The notes under the pieces were generated by a model. The model made no database searches and was not told the origin of the DNA. It saw nothing but the letters and a program-made list of their open reading frames with translations. A stretch of 64,000 nucleotides of DNA. Source: Parcubacteria group bacterium Gr01-1014_31. GTDB taxonomy: Bacteria; Patescibacteriota; Patescibacteriia; Buchananbacterales; GWA2-38-13. The stretch spans positions 3,273 through 67,272 of the forward strand of contig VMFR01000006.1 in the NCBI GenBank assembly GCA_007376135.1, in the 5' to 3' direction. The translations under genes were made by a program, and so were the position numbers. Below, in pieces: positions 36,835 through 46,164 of the stretch. Position 1 is the stretch's first letter; the number at the start of each line of letters is the position of its first letter.

Positions 36835-39800
36835 ATGTCTCGGATTCAGAATGTTCTGGTCGTCTTCGGTCGCCAAAGCTCTGCGTCAGCGACGCTCGTC
36901 GGCATCGTCGTCGCCCTGGTCGTCTCGACGGCTCCTGTCGCCACTCCCGTCCTGACTGTCGCCACGGTCATCGCCCTGCCCTCCCCCATCCACGCCCAAG
37001 TCCAACCTCCGAAGGTGGAGTGGGAACGGATCTACTACGACTTTGACTTTAGTGGTTTTGTTGAGAACGAAAACCTGTCAGTTCAGCAAACCAAAGACGG
37101 GGGGTTCATCGTAGTTGGTCGAACAGAGTCATCTGAGGCTAGATTGAGTGATATCCTGCTGCTAAAAACTGACACCGAGGGAAACCCAACGTGGCAGAAA
37201 ACGTATGGCGGTACAGGTGAAGATTGGGGATATTCGGTTCAACAGACCGCTGATGATGGTTACATCATAACAGGATACACCACCTCCTTTACTACCGGGA
37301 AAATTTACCTGCTAAAAACTGACACCGAGGGAAACCCAACGTGGCAGAAAACGTATGGAGCACCCGGCGATTTAGCCTGGTCAGCGCAACAAACCAACGA
37401 TGGGGGTTACGCTATCGCTGGTTCTGGATTTTCACTTGCCCGAGCTGGCGAGGTGTATGTGGCCAAAACTGACACTATTGGTACTGTAATCTGGCAACAA
37501 ACCTTCGGTGGTGAAAATGAAGACTCCGGCCACTCAATCCAGCAAACCTTTGGTGCTGATAAAAGTCCTAATGGTTATATAATAACCGGCAGGACGGATT
37601 CCTTCGGCGACGGAACGCCCCTTCATCCAGACGTCTACCTACTGAAAACTGACAATACAGGATCCTTGGTTTGGCAACAGACCTTCGGTGGACCGGCTAA
37701 CGACCAAGGCTGGTCGGCCCAACAAACTAGCGATGGCGGTTATGTACTAGCCGGATACACATTTTCTTTTGGTATCAACGGCGATGTCTACCTAATCAAG
37801 ACCGACGTCACCGGTTCCCTGGTTTGGCAACAGACCTATGGTGGATCATTAGGAGACACAGGAAGATCAGTCCAACAAACTACCGATGGTGGGTACATTA
37901 TTGCAGGTGAATCTCGGTCATTTGGATCAGGTAACGAGGATGTCTACCTAATCAAGACCGACGTCACCGGTTCCCTGGTTTGGCAACAGACCTATGGTGG
38001 TGCAAATCACGACTTGGGATTCTCAGTCCAACAGACTGTTGATGGTGGCTACATCGTGGTAGGATATTCCAATTCATTTAATCCTGCCAACTGGTGTGTC
38101 TACCTCGTCAAACTCGGCCCCGAGCGACCTACTCCCCCCACCCGCCACCAGCTGCACCTGTTCCGCGACAACCAGTTCGTCCCCCTCACCGATGAAGCCA
38201 GAGCAGACTTCGACCCCCAACTCCCCGCCATCGTCATCGTCCACGGCTGGAACAGCCACCTCCTCGACCAGCTCCCCGACTGGACCCTGCAGACCGCCCG
38301 CGCCCTGGCTGCCCGCGATACCAACCCCTACGTCAACCTCTTGGCCTGGGACTGGATGCTGGAAGCCAAAGGCAACGCCACCACCACCCTCAACCCGTTT
38401 GGCCTAGAAAAAGCCGCTGCCGAAGTCTACGACCAGTCAGCCAAACTGGCTTCCGCCCTGCGGCAAACGTTTGCCGCCCGCGGATTCACGCTACCGGTCC
38501 ACCTGATGGGCCACAGCCTGGGGTCGTTCGTAGTGACCTTCACCGGGCTGCAGCTCCAAGACCCGGCGTTCGGGACCACCTACGACGTCGCCAACGTTAC
38601 CCTCTGGGACCCGCCAGACGCAGTCCCCAACAGCCTGGCCGACAACGTCCCCTTGCTGCGCAGCCTGGGCACCTACGTCGACAACTTCCGCGGCGCCTTC
38701 AACCGCAAAACGTACTTCGCCAACGCCTGGGTAGCTGCCCCGTCGGCCAGCGACGACGGCACCACGTCCCACGACACCTACCGCTGGTACCGCGACCGCG
38801 TCCAGCCTGCCGACGAACCCATCCTCCACACCACCCTCACCTGCACCGACGATCGCTACAACGGCACCGTCGGCTTCGGCGCCTCGGCCACCCACGCGCC
38901 ACCCACGCGCCAGCTGCGCTTCCCGTGCGATGCGGGTAACCTCGGCATCTCGCTAGTTGCCGACTCCGCCGATACGCGCTGCGCGGACGCCCGCGACCTG
39001 ACCATCTACGGCCAGTACTGCGTGGCGGATGCCCGCACGACCCCCGTCCTTACCCTCAAATTGGATACTGGCGTTGGCAGCAACCTCTGTGATTGCCTCC
39101 TTCCCACCGACCTGGAGCTGCGCATGAGGATCAAGCCTCGGCAAGCGCTTCGGGGACAAGGTGGAGCCGATGACGACCTGACCGCCACCTACACCCTGCC
39201 CCTCACCGTCGCTGAACCGTGGGATTTCCTGCAGTTTAGCTACCAGTTCGTTGCCGTTCCGGCCCCCGCCGCGCTCACCGTGAGCGTCATTGACGGCGTT
39301 GACGAAACGCCGCTGCTGGCGCTGACGTCGGAGCAAAACCCCATCGGGGTTGAACGGCTCTCGCCGCTGCTGGATATTTCGTCCTTCCGCGGCAAAACCG
39401 TTGACCTGGTGTTTTCGCTCACGTCCTCACAGGAGGGCGCAAGCGTTGAGGTTGCCAACCTCACAGCGCTGCAAAGCGCGTTCCACGCCAACGTCCCGCC
39501 CACCGTGTCCGCGGGTGCAGACCAAGCCGTCGCCGTTACCGACCCCCTCTTCACTGCCGTTACCCTGAACGGTTCGGCCACATCGGACCCCAACGGCGAC
39601 CCGCTCGTGTACGCGTGGACGCTGCCCTCCGGTATTGCGGCCGTCGGTGTACAACCGACGCTCGCCCTGCCCCTGGGCGGCTACCCGTTCACGCTGCATG
39701 CGCGCGACCCGTTCGACGGGTTTGGGTTCGACGAGACCGTCGTCGAGGTGGAGTATCCGTTCGTGCGCGGCGATGCCAATGCCGATGGCGAAGTGAACAT

Positions 39801-40026
39801 CACCGACCCCATCGTCACGCTTTCCGCGCTGTTCCTGGACCCCACCGTCATCCTGTGCCGCGATGCGGCCGATGCCAACGACAGCGATACCGTCGACATC
39901 TCCGACCCTATCGCGACCCTCGGGTTCCTGTTCCTGGGGACGCCGGCCGCGCTGCCCGCGCCCTCCCCTGCGCCGGGGCTCGACCCCACGCCTGACCTTT
40001 TGGGCTGCATCCTACCGCGGCCCTGA
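36835..40026 (+). CDS. Secreted multidomain protein: beta-propeller + alpha/beta-hydrolase-like + PKD-like + C-terminal dockerin-like domain
   Basis: Long hydrophobic leader, W.QT[FY]GG/QQT.DGGY.. blades, HGWN and nucleophile elbow GHSLG, PTVSAGADQ...LNGS...DP.GD.L.Y.W, then FVRGDANADG...CRDAAD...GLDPTPDLLGC. Confidence 0.85.
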   Translation: MSRIQNVLVVFGRQSSASATLVGIVVALVVSTAPVATPVLTVATVIALPSPIHAQVQPPKVEWERIYYDFDFSGFVENENLSVQQTKDGGFIVVGRTESSEARLSDILLLKTDTEGNPTWQKTYGGTGEDWGYSVQQTADDGYIITGYTTSFTTGKIYLLKTDTEGNPTWQKTYGAPGDLAWSAQQTNDGGYAIAGSGFSLARAGEVYVAKTDTIGTVIWQQTFGGENEDSGHSIQQTFGADKSPNGYIITGRTDSFGDGTPLHPDVYLLKTDNTGSLVWQQTFGGPANDQGWSAQQTSDGGYVLAGYTFSFGINGDVYLIKTDVTGSLVWQQTYGGSLGDTGRSVQQTTDGGYIIAGESRSFGSGNEDVYLIKTDVTGSLVWQQTYGGANHDLGFSVQQTVDGGYIVVGYSNSFNPANWCVYLVKLGPERPTPPTRHQLHLFRDNQFVPLTDEARADFDPQLPAIVIVHGWNSHLLDQLPDWTLQTARALAARDTNPYVNLLAWDWMLEAKGNATTTLNPFGLEKAAAEVYDQSAKLASALRQTFAARGFTLPVHLMGHSLGSFVVTFTGLQLQDPAFGTTYDVANVTLWDPPDAVPNSLADNVPLLRSLGTYVDNFRGAFNRKTYFANAWVAAPSASDDGTTSHDTYRWYRDRVQPADEPILHTTLTCTDDRYNGTVGFGASATHAPPTRQLRFPCDAGNLGISLVADSADTRCADARDLTIYGQYCVADARTTPVLTLKLDTGVGSNLCDCLLPTDLELRMRIKPRQALRGQGGADDDLTATYTLPLTVAEPWDFLQFSYQFVAVPAPAALTVSVIDGVDETPLLALTSEQNPIGVERLSPLLDISSFRGKTVDLVFSLTSSQEGASVEVANLTALQSAFHANVPPTVSAGADQAVAVTDPLFTAVTLNGSATSDPNGDPLVYAWTLPSGIAAVGVQPTLALPLGGYPFTLHARDPFDGFGFDETVVEVEYPFVRGDANADGEVNITDPIVTLSALFLDPTVILCRDAADANDSDTVDISDPIATLGFLFLGTPAALPAPSPAPGLDPTPDLLGCILPRP

Positions 40027-40058
40027 CGTCCTTTTGTCCGGCATACCCCGGTATGCCC

Positions 40059-40092
40059 AACGGCTCGACAGCACCAGTCGAGCCGTTTTTTT
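40059..40092 (+). terminator. Rho-independent terminator
   Basis: AACGGCTCGAC-loop-GTCGAGCCGTT followed by a T run, 33 bp after the stop codon. Confidence 0.8.
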
Positions 40093-40128
40093 ATCGCCCC
40101 ACCCCAGGCAGGAAAGTAGATAGAAAAA

Positions 40129-40198
40129 CGTCATCCCCGCGCCGCAGCGGGGATCCAGTAACCCGATTCTGGATCCCGGGTCAGGGCCCGGGATGACA
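40129..40198. repeat. Inverted REP-like doublet GTCATCCC..GGGATCCAG / CTGGATCCC..GGGATGAC
   Basis: Same family as 36608-36637. Confidence 0.8.
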
Positions 40199-40248
40199 TC
40201 AAGTGTTGAATGCCCATGGACGCATCGCCGGCAAGGCGATCCGGGCCA

Positions 40249-40286
40249 CAGTAAGAAAGCGCCGCATATGCGGCGCTTTCTTACTG
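40249..40286. terminator. Perfect 38-bp palindrome, probable terminator for hisS
   Basis: CAGTAAGAAAGCGCCGCAT|ATGCGGCGCTTTCTTACTG, 13 bp after the hisS stop. Confidence 0.65.
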
Positions 40287-40298
40287 CGACTGACTACT

Positions 40299-41831
40299 CT
40301 ATATCCCCTCAACCAAATTTTCATCGGAGTCGGGTAGCGATAGCTGACTGCCGCTCGATGACCGCTGCTTCTTGCCGGATGGCTTTGGCTGCGGCGCTTC
40401 GGCCTCTGGAGCCGTAACTGGCGTTTCGCCCTCGACCGGCGCAACTGCGCCTTCCTCAATAATAGGTGATGCCGCGCCGTTCTTCAGTTTCCGCTCCAGG
40501 TCCCCGGAGATCTTGTCGTAGCCGATGATCTCCTGCACCCCGCCGTCCATGTCGCGGATGAGGACCGTGCCGTCCAGCACTTCCTTCTGGCCAATGATGA
40601 TGGCGTAGCGCGCGTGCTGCTTGTTGGCGATCTCCAGCTGCGCCTTCAGGCTATCCTTGGAAAAATTTTCGCTGACCGCGAAGCCCTCGCGGCGCAGGCG
40701 CTCGAACAGCTTCAACGCCTTGATTTTGGCCTGCTCGCCGATCTGCGCCACGAACACGTCGGGCGCCTTGGGAGCCGCCGGGCTCACGTTCATTTCCTTC
40801 AGCCGCAGGATGAGGCGGTCGATGCCGACCGCAAAACCGGCCGCGGGCGTGGGATTGCCGCCCATCAGCCCCAGGAGATCGTCGTAACGGCCGCCGCCGC
40901 CCAACGCCGCGGTGCTGCCCGCCGCGTCCGCCGTGGGCCAGACCTCGAACACCGTGCGGGTGTAGTAGTCCAGGCCGCGCACCAGGTACGGGTTGAGCAC
41001 GTACGGAATTTCCATTCCATCCAGGTACTCGACGACCGCCATGAAATGCTTCTTGCAGGCATCGTCCACCCAGTCCAGCAACTGCGGCGCGCCCGCGATG
41101 TGCTGCTGGCAGTTGGCGTTCTTGCAGTCGAGCAGGCGCAGCGGGTTTTTGGAAAGCCGCTTCTTACAATCCTCACACAGGTAGCGGCGCTTGGGTTTGT
41201 AGTAGTTGACCAGCTCGGTGCGGTACTCCGCGCGGCAGGTGGCGCAACCCAGGCTATTGAGCTGGATGCTGACCGGCGCGATACCCAGCTGCTCGCACAA
41301 GTGGTAGAACATCGCGACCAGCTGCGCATCCACGACCGCCGCCCCCGACCCGATGACCTCGACGCCGAATTGCGTGAACTGGCGGTACCGGCCATGCTGC
41401 GGGCGCTCGCGGCGGAAGGCCGGACCCCAGTAGGCCACGCGGATCGGCTGCGGATTGTTCAACAGGCCGTGCTCGATGTACGCGCGCACCACGCCGGGGG
41501 TGAACTCGGGGCGCAGGGCCACATTCTCGCCGCCCGTATCGGTGAAGGAGAACATTTCCTTGGTGACGATGTCCGAATGGCGCCCGGCCGCGCGGGAGAA
41601 CAGCGCGACGTCCTCCAGCACCGGCGGGTCGATCCAGCCGAAACCGTAGCCGGTCGCCAACTCATCGGCGACCTGGCGCACGTGGCGCCACACCAGCTGG
41701 TCGGCCGGCAGCAGGTCGCGGAAACCGCGCAACGACCGCGGCGTGGGCGGGCCGGTGCGGACCGGCGGAAGAACGGCAGCACCCGGTTTCGAGGTGAATA
41801 CGGGTTTCGCAGCGGGTTTGGGGGAAGCCAT
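40299..41831 (-). CDS. hisS: Histidine--tRNA ligase
   Basis: RGFRDLLP, KEMFSF, LRPEFT, FRRERPQHGRYRQF, LVRGLDYY, GGGRYD. Start adjusted to MASPK. Confidence 0.98.
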   Translation of the reverse strand: MASPKPAAKPVFTSKPGAAVLPPVRTGPPTPRSLRGFRDLLPADQLVWRHVRQVADELATGYGFGWIDPPVLEDVALFSRAAGRHSDIVTKEMFSFTDTGGENVALRPEFTPGVVRAYIEHGLLNNPQPIRVAYWGPAFRRERPQHGRYRQFTQFGVEVIGSGAAVVDAQLVAMFYHLCEQLGIAPVSIQLNSLGCATCRAEYRTELVNYYKPKRRYLCEDCKKRLSKNPLRLLDCKNANCQQHIAGAPQLLDWVDDACKKHFMAVVEYLDGMEIPYVLNPYLVRGLDYYTRTVFEVWPTADAAGSTAALGGGGRYDDLLGLMGGNPTPAAGFAVGIDRLILRLKEMNVSPAAPKAPDVFVAQIGEQAKIKALKLFERLRREGFAVSENFSKDSLKAQLEIANKQHARYAIIIGQKEVLDGTVLIRDMDGGVQEIIGYDKISGDLERKLKNGAASPIIEEGAVAPVEGETPVTAPEAEAPQPKPSGKKQRSSSGSQLSLPDSDENLVEGI

Positions 41832-41883
41832 AACAATAAAATTCAAAAGTCAAAAGGTAAAAGGCAAAAGTAAAGGTAAAAAA

Positions 41884-42258
41884 TTAAAAGTTCTTTTGTT
41901 TTAATTTGATGACACCACTGGCAAGCATATTGGCAAGTTCAGTAACTTCCTGAAGTAATCCGTCAATCACAGCCGGTACCGCGAGCCCGGCATCTTTCAG
42001 TAGGCCAAGCCAGTACTTGGTTTCATTCGCACTCTTCAACGAAATCTCATAAAATTTCTTGAATTCCAGACGTGAGCTAGAGGCTCGGGCCTCAACGAGA
42101 TTTGCTCCGACCGACGTCGCCGACCGGATGAGTTGGTCTGCCAACACCCACGCGCTGCGGCGGTTTGGCAGCGTATCGGTCAGCGCAATGACTTGTAAAC
42201 TGAAACGATAGCAGCGGTCACGGAGGTCACTTTTAAATTTTGGATTGTCATTTTGCAT
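41884..42258 (-). CDS. Four helix bundle protein (23S rRNA IVS protein-like)
   Basis: QLIRSATSVGANLVEA...S..EF....ISLKSANETKYWL. AT-richer than neighbours and flanked by heptamer repeats. Confidence 0.93.
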   Translation of the reverse strand: MQNDNPKFKSDLRDRCYRFSLQVIALTDTLPNRRSAWVLADQLIRSATSVGANLVEARASSSRLEFKKFYEISLKSANETKYWLGLLKDAGLAVPAVIDGLLQEVTELANMLASGVIKLKQKNF

Positions 42259-42282
42259 TTTGGCTTTTGCCTTTTGACTTTC

Positions 42283-42903
42283 CTACGGCAGATTATAATC
42301 CGGCGGCTCCAGGAACAGATCCAACTTTGCCAGCGGCCAGCCGCGGAGAAAGACCCGGCCGGTGATGAAGCGGCGATTGACCGCGCCAAAATAGCGGGAA
42401 TCCAGCGACTCGGCCCGGTTGTCGCCCAACAGGAAAAATTCGTCGTCAGCCAGCTTGACCGTCTTTGCGCCATCCACTTTCGTACCAGCCGGCAGGTAAG
42501 TTTCGTCCAACGCCACGGCCGCATCCTGGCCCACCGGCGTCACCAGAACTTTGCCGTCGCTGATCTGCACCTGCTCGCCGGGCAGGCCGACGATGCGCTT
42601 GATGAAATAGTCGCGCGGATTGAGCGGGTAACGGAAAACCACCACCTCCCCGCGCTTGGGCTGGCGGAAACGGTAGGTGATCTCGTCAATGATGAGATAC
42701 TCGTGGTCGGTAAAACTCGGCTCCATCGACGCGCCCTTGACGTAGAATGGCTGGATCAAAAAGTACCGGATGGGCACGATGATGGCCAGGCTGATGCCGA
42801 CGACCTTCACCAGCTCCCAAACGAACACCAGCGCGTCGCGCCACATTGATGGCGGCCGCATTGGCTCTTCCGACGGCGGGCGGGAGCGGCGAAACAAGGA
42901 CAT
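42283..42903 (-). CDS. lepB: Signal peptidase I
   Basis: QPFYVKGASMEP (Ser), RGEVVVF, FIKRIVGLPGE (Lys), GDNR..SLDSRYFG. Start uncertain. Confidence 0.96.
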   Translation of the reverse strand: MSLFRRSRPPSEEPMRPPSMWRDALVFVWELVKVVGISLAIIVPIRYFLIQPFYVKGASMEPSFTDHEYLIIDEITYRFRQPKRGEVVVFRYPLNPRDYFIKRIVGLPGEQVQISDGKVLVTPVGQDAAVALDETYLPAGTKVDGAKTVKLADDEFFLLGDNRAESLDSRYFGAVNRRFITGRVFLRGWPLAKLDLFLEPPDYNLP

Positions 42904-42924
42904 AGAGAGGAAGGGCAAAAGTTA

Positions 42925-43016
42925 TCACCGCCATGGCGGCCACCGCCGTAGGCGGGGTCCCGCAGGATGCGGTGAGATCCCACCGACCTTATCTCATTAC
43001 AAGACGGTGGCGGGAA
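42925..43016. repeat. ~92-nt structured repeat, copy 1
   Basis: TCACCGCCAT...CGCAGGATGCGGTGAGATCCCACCGAC...GGCGGGAA; direct repeat of 43918-44010. Confidence 0.75.
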
Positions 43017-43047
43017 AAGGCAACAATCAAAAGTGTGATATCGGAAT

Positions 43048-43794
43048 TTATATCAAATCGGGAAAATTGGACATGATGCCGTCCACGCCCAGCCCCTTCA
43101 GGTGTGCAATGGCCTCGGCGTCATCCACCGTCCAAACAAAGACCTTGACGCCGGCGCGATGGGCGGCCGTCAGCAGCCGCTTGCGGAACGCGCTGTGCGA
43201 TACGACAATAGCCTCCGCCTGCACCAGCTGGGCGAACCGCAGGCAGGTACCAACCGTTGCGGGCGCCGAGGTCAGCAGCGCGGCCACCCGCAACGCGGGG
43301 TCGATGGCCTTCAGCCGCAGCAGCTCGGCGGAAAGGAATGAAGAGAAGAGCACCCGGTGGTGGCAGTTGAGCGCCTTGACCACGGCGGCAGCGGCCTCCG
43401 CCAGTCCGCGTTCCTTGAGCTCCACATTGATCTCGCAGGCATCGGTCAAAGCCGGCAGCACGTCGGCCAGCCGCGGGATGACCTGTCCGCCGACCTGATG
43501 CTGCTGCAGCTCGGTGAAACTCAGTTCTCGCAGCGTCACCGCGTTGCCGGTCAGCCGGTCCAGCCGTGCGTCGTGACAGACGACCAACTCATGGTCGCGC
43601 GTACGCCGCACGTCCAGCTCGATCATATCCACCTCCAGTTCCAACGCTTTGTGGAATGCCGCCCACGTGTTCTCGGGCGCGTAGCCCGACGCCCCGCGAT
43701 GGGCAATGCGCATGACCTGGCGGCTGCCGCTGGTCGGAGCGGCCGCGGCGACCGCGACATGCCGGGCACCGGGAAATAAAAAATTCCGGGCCAT
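43048..43794 (-). CDS. Glycerophosphodiester phosphodiesterase family protein
   Basis: IAHRGASGYAPENT, ELDV, HD..LDR, NVELK, WTVD, GVDGIMSNFP. Start at 43794 or 43713. Confidence 0.93.
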   Translation of the reverse strand: MARNFLFPGARHVAVAAAAPTSGSRQVMRIAHRGASGYAPENTWAAFHKALELEVDMIELDVRRTRDHELVVCHDARLDRLTGNAVTLRELSFTELQQHQVGGQVIPRLADVLPALTDACEINVELKERGLAEAAAAVVKALNCHHRVLFSSFLSAELLRLKAIDPALRVAALLTSAPATVGTCLRFAQLVQAEAIVVSHSAFRKRLLTAAHRAGVKVFVWTVDDAEAIAHLKGLGVDGIMSNFPDLI

Positions 43795-43896
43795 GGCGGA
43801 CCACCCGTACCCGCGGTACCAACGTTGCGGCGAAGGAAAAATGCGCTTGAACACGAACGTAGAAAATGCCGGGAGACTGAGGGGTAAAGAAGGGAA

Positions 43897-44022
43897 TGGT
43901 GGATGCACCTGGACTCGTCACCGCCATCCGGCAGCCACCGCGGTCGGCGGCGTCGCGCAGGATGCGGCGAGATCCCGCCGACTTTTTAATAATAAATTTC
44001 GGGGCGGGAAGCCAGGGACCTC
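43897..44022 (-). pseudogene. tRNA 3'-half remnant interrupted in the T-loop by the 92-nt repeat (copy 2, 43918-44010)
   Basis: Minus strand GAGGTCCCTGGCTT-[insert]-CGAGTCCAGG-TGCATCC-A-CCA. There is no room for D and anticodon arms before the upstream tRNA-Val. Confidence 0.55.
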
Positions 44023-44044
44023 TGCGACCCGCCTGCCAAAGCAA

Positions 44045-44121
44045 TGGTGGTCACGCCTGGGCTCGAACCAGGGACCTCGCCGATGTGAACGGCGCGCTCT
44101 AACCAACTGAGCTACGTGACC
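44045..44121 (-). tRNA. tRNA-Val (anticodon CAC)
   Basis: GGTCACG TAGCTCAGTTGGTTAGAGC G CGCCG TT CAC AT CGGCG AGGTC CCTGG TTCGAGC CCAGG CGTGACC A CCA; 77-nt cloverleaf with encoded CCA. Confidence 0.97.
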
Positions 44122-44668
44122 GCGGTGGGCAGGTGTGAACACAGCGCTCCCTGTCCCGCCGTATGGCGGGATAACTTCACCCCACACCTTTCGGGTTTTA
44201 TTGTAAACCGTCAACCATCCGACGTTGCAACTGCGTTCACACCATCGTACATCGTTCCCTCAAATCCGAAAGGTGTGGGGCAAGCTGAGCTATGCATCCA
44301 AGGTATCAACGCTTCAAAACAGCGGCCGGTCGGGTCGACAAAGATGAAAAAATCGCGTAACCAGCGCAATCTTTCCCCAAGTGTACCATAAAGCGGGCCG
44401 CAAATCAACACGGCGGTATCCATCGCTCGTACCTTGACGCGGAAACGTTTTCTTGTCATGATGAGCGTTCACTGCAACCCTGCTTGGCTCTTGCTGGCAT
44501 CTCCCCTCCTCTTTATAATGGGAACGAGTCCCGCGCCGGGAACCAACGCAGGAACGCGCGCGGTACTCATCGGTTTCCTTTCGGACCAGCGGCGGGGCTG
44601 CCTCGGTGCCTGAATGCTCCCGGCACGGCCCGAGCGGCAACGGCGCGGTCCAATTTTTTTACTGCTCA

Positions 44669-46153
44669 ATGGACCCTTTTGAAGAACAACTGAAGCCATC
44701 ACTCCCGCCCCCGGAGGCGACACCGAAGCCGCCCCGCAAACGGCGCTGGCTTGCCCGCACGCTCAAGATCGTATTAGTGATCGCGGTGCTCGCGGCCGCG
44801 CTGTTCAGCTACGAGATCATTTCTTCGGGTTCGAGCCCGACGGAGGTGCTGGTGCAGATCGGCCGCCTCATCACCAGCCGCGACCGCGAGCTGCAGGGCG
44901 AAGACGACGGGCGCATCAACATCCTGCTGCTGGGCATCGGCGGCTCCGGCCACGAAGGGCCGCTGCTGACCGACTCGATGCTGCTCATCAGCTTCCGGCC
45001 GGGAACCAACCAGGTCGCCCTCATCTCCGTGCCCCGCGACCTGCTCGCGCCCATCCCCGGCTACGGGCAACGGCGCATCAACAACGCTTACGCGCTGCCG
45101 GAGCTCAACCGCACGGGCGCCGGAGGCCCGACGGTGCGCGCCGTGGTCGCCGACATCTTTGGCATCCCCATCCACTACTCCCTGCTGCTGGATTTCGCCG
45201 GCTTCACGGAACTCGTGGATTCGCTGGGCGGCGTGACGGTGGACGTGGAGCAGACGCTGGACGATGAATACTACCCCGTCCCCGGCAAGGAGATGGCGAG
45301 CGACGCGGAACGGTACGAGCACCTCTACATCCCCGCCGGTCGCCAGCATCTGGACGGGATGACGACACTCAAGTATGTGCGCTCGCGCAAAGCCAAAGGC
45401 GCGCAAGGTTCGGACTTCGCGCGCAGCCACCGCCAGCAGCAGGTCATCTCGGCCATCCGCGACCAGGCCACCGCGTGGGGCGTGCTGCGCCCGGGCCGTC
45501 TGGGGGAACTGCTGCGCATCCTCAACGCCCACATGGACACCAATCTTGAAGCGTGGGAAATGCTGCGGCTGTATCAACTGGCGCGCAAAGTCAACCCCGA
45601 CGAGGCCGTCAAACACGTGCTGGACGACCGGCCGGACGGCGTGCTGATGGCGACCTTCGTGGAGGGCGCGTACGTCCTGGTGCCGCGGACGGGTGATTTT
45701 TCCCAGCTGCGGTCAATCGCGCTGGACCCCTTCCAGCCGCTCCCCGTCACCCAGGCGCTGCAGGCAACTGCTGCCACCGCGTCTTCCACCGCGCCCGCGG
45801 CGTCAAAGCTGCCGCCGGTATCCAGCGCCCCTCGCGTGCAGATCCATAATGGCACCACGATCGCGGGCTTGGCCGCGCGCACCGAGAGCTATCTACGCGG
45901 CAAGGGCTACCAGGTGGTATCGGTCGGGAACGCCCCGGTGCAAACCTATCTGAAAACGGTCGTCTACGACCTGCGGCCGCCCGCCGGCGCCAAAGCCCTG
46001 CGCGCGCTGGGCGAGCTGCTCTCCGGCATCACCTTTGACTCCGGCCCGCCGCCATTGCCGCACAACAACAAACCATACCCGGTGCATCCGCAGGCCGACC
46101 TTCTTATCATTCTGGGACAGAACCTGGATAACCTCCTGCCCGCCGAAGAGTAA
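44669..46153 (+). CDS. LCP family protein (LytR-CpsA-Psr) with C-terminal LytR_C domain
   Basis: TM helix, INILLLG, TDSM, SVPRD, RINNAY, YVRSR, SDFARSHRQQQVI; C-terminal VQIHNGT..AGLA. Confidence 0.93.
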   Translation: MDPFEEQLKPSLPPPEATPKPPRKRRWLARTLKIVLVIAVLAAALFSYEIISSGSSPTEVLVQIGRLITSRDRELQGEDDGRINILLLGIGGSGHEGPLLTDSMLLISFRPGTNQVALISVPRDLLAPIPGYGQRRINNAYALPELNRTGAGGPTVRAVVADIFGIPIHYSLLLDFAGFTELVDSLGGVTVDVEQTLDDEYYPVPGKEMASDAERYEHLYIPAGRQHLDGMTTLKYVRSRKAKGAQGSDFARSHRQQQVISAIRDQATAWGVLRPGRLGELLRILNAHMDTNLEAWEMLRLYQLARKVNPDEAVKHVLDDRPDGVLMATFVEGAYVLVPRTGDFSQLRSIALDPFQPLPVTQALQATAATASSTAPAASKLPPVSSAPRVQIHNGTTIAGLAARTESYLRGKGYQVVSVGNAPVQTYLKTVVYDLRPPAGAKALRALGELLSGITFDSGPPPLPHNNKPYPVHPQADLLIILGQNLDNLLPAEE

Positions 46154-46164
46154 AGTATTTTGCT

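Noticed and set aside
41884-42258. Diversity-generating retroelement (Avd-like gene plus repeated gene ends)
   Set aside because: No reverse transcriptase in the window, and the repeat pairs differ mainly at synonymous positions rather than specifically at adenines.
43897-44044. Intact intron-containing tRNA or tmRNA
   Set aside because: Only about 22 nt separate the T-arm remnant from the upstream tRNA-Val CCA, leaving no space for D/anticodon arms or a tag reading frame.
44211-44640. Short minus-strand ORFs upstream of tRNA-Val
   Set aside because: No recognisable motifs, and the strong RBS-like sequence near 44505 leads only to a 14-codon ORF.
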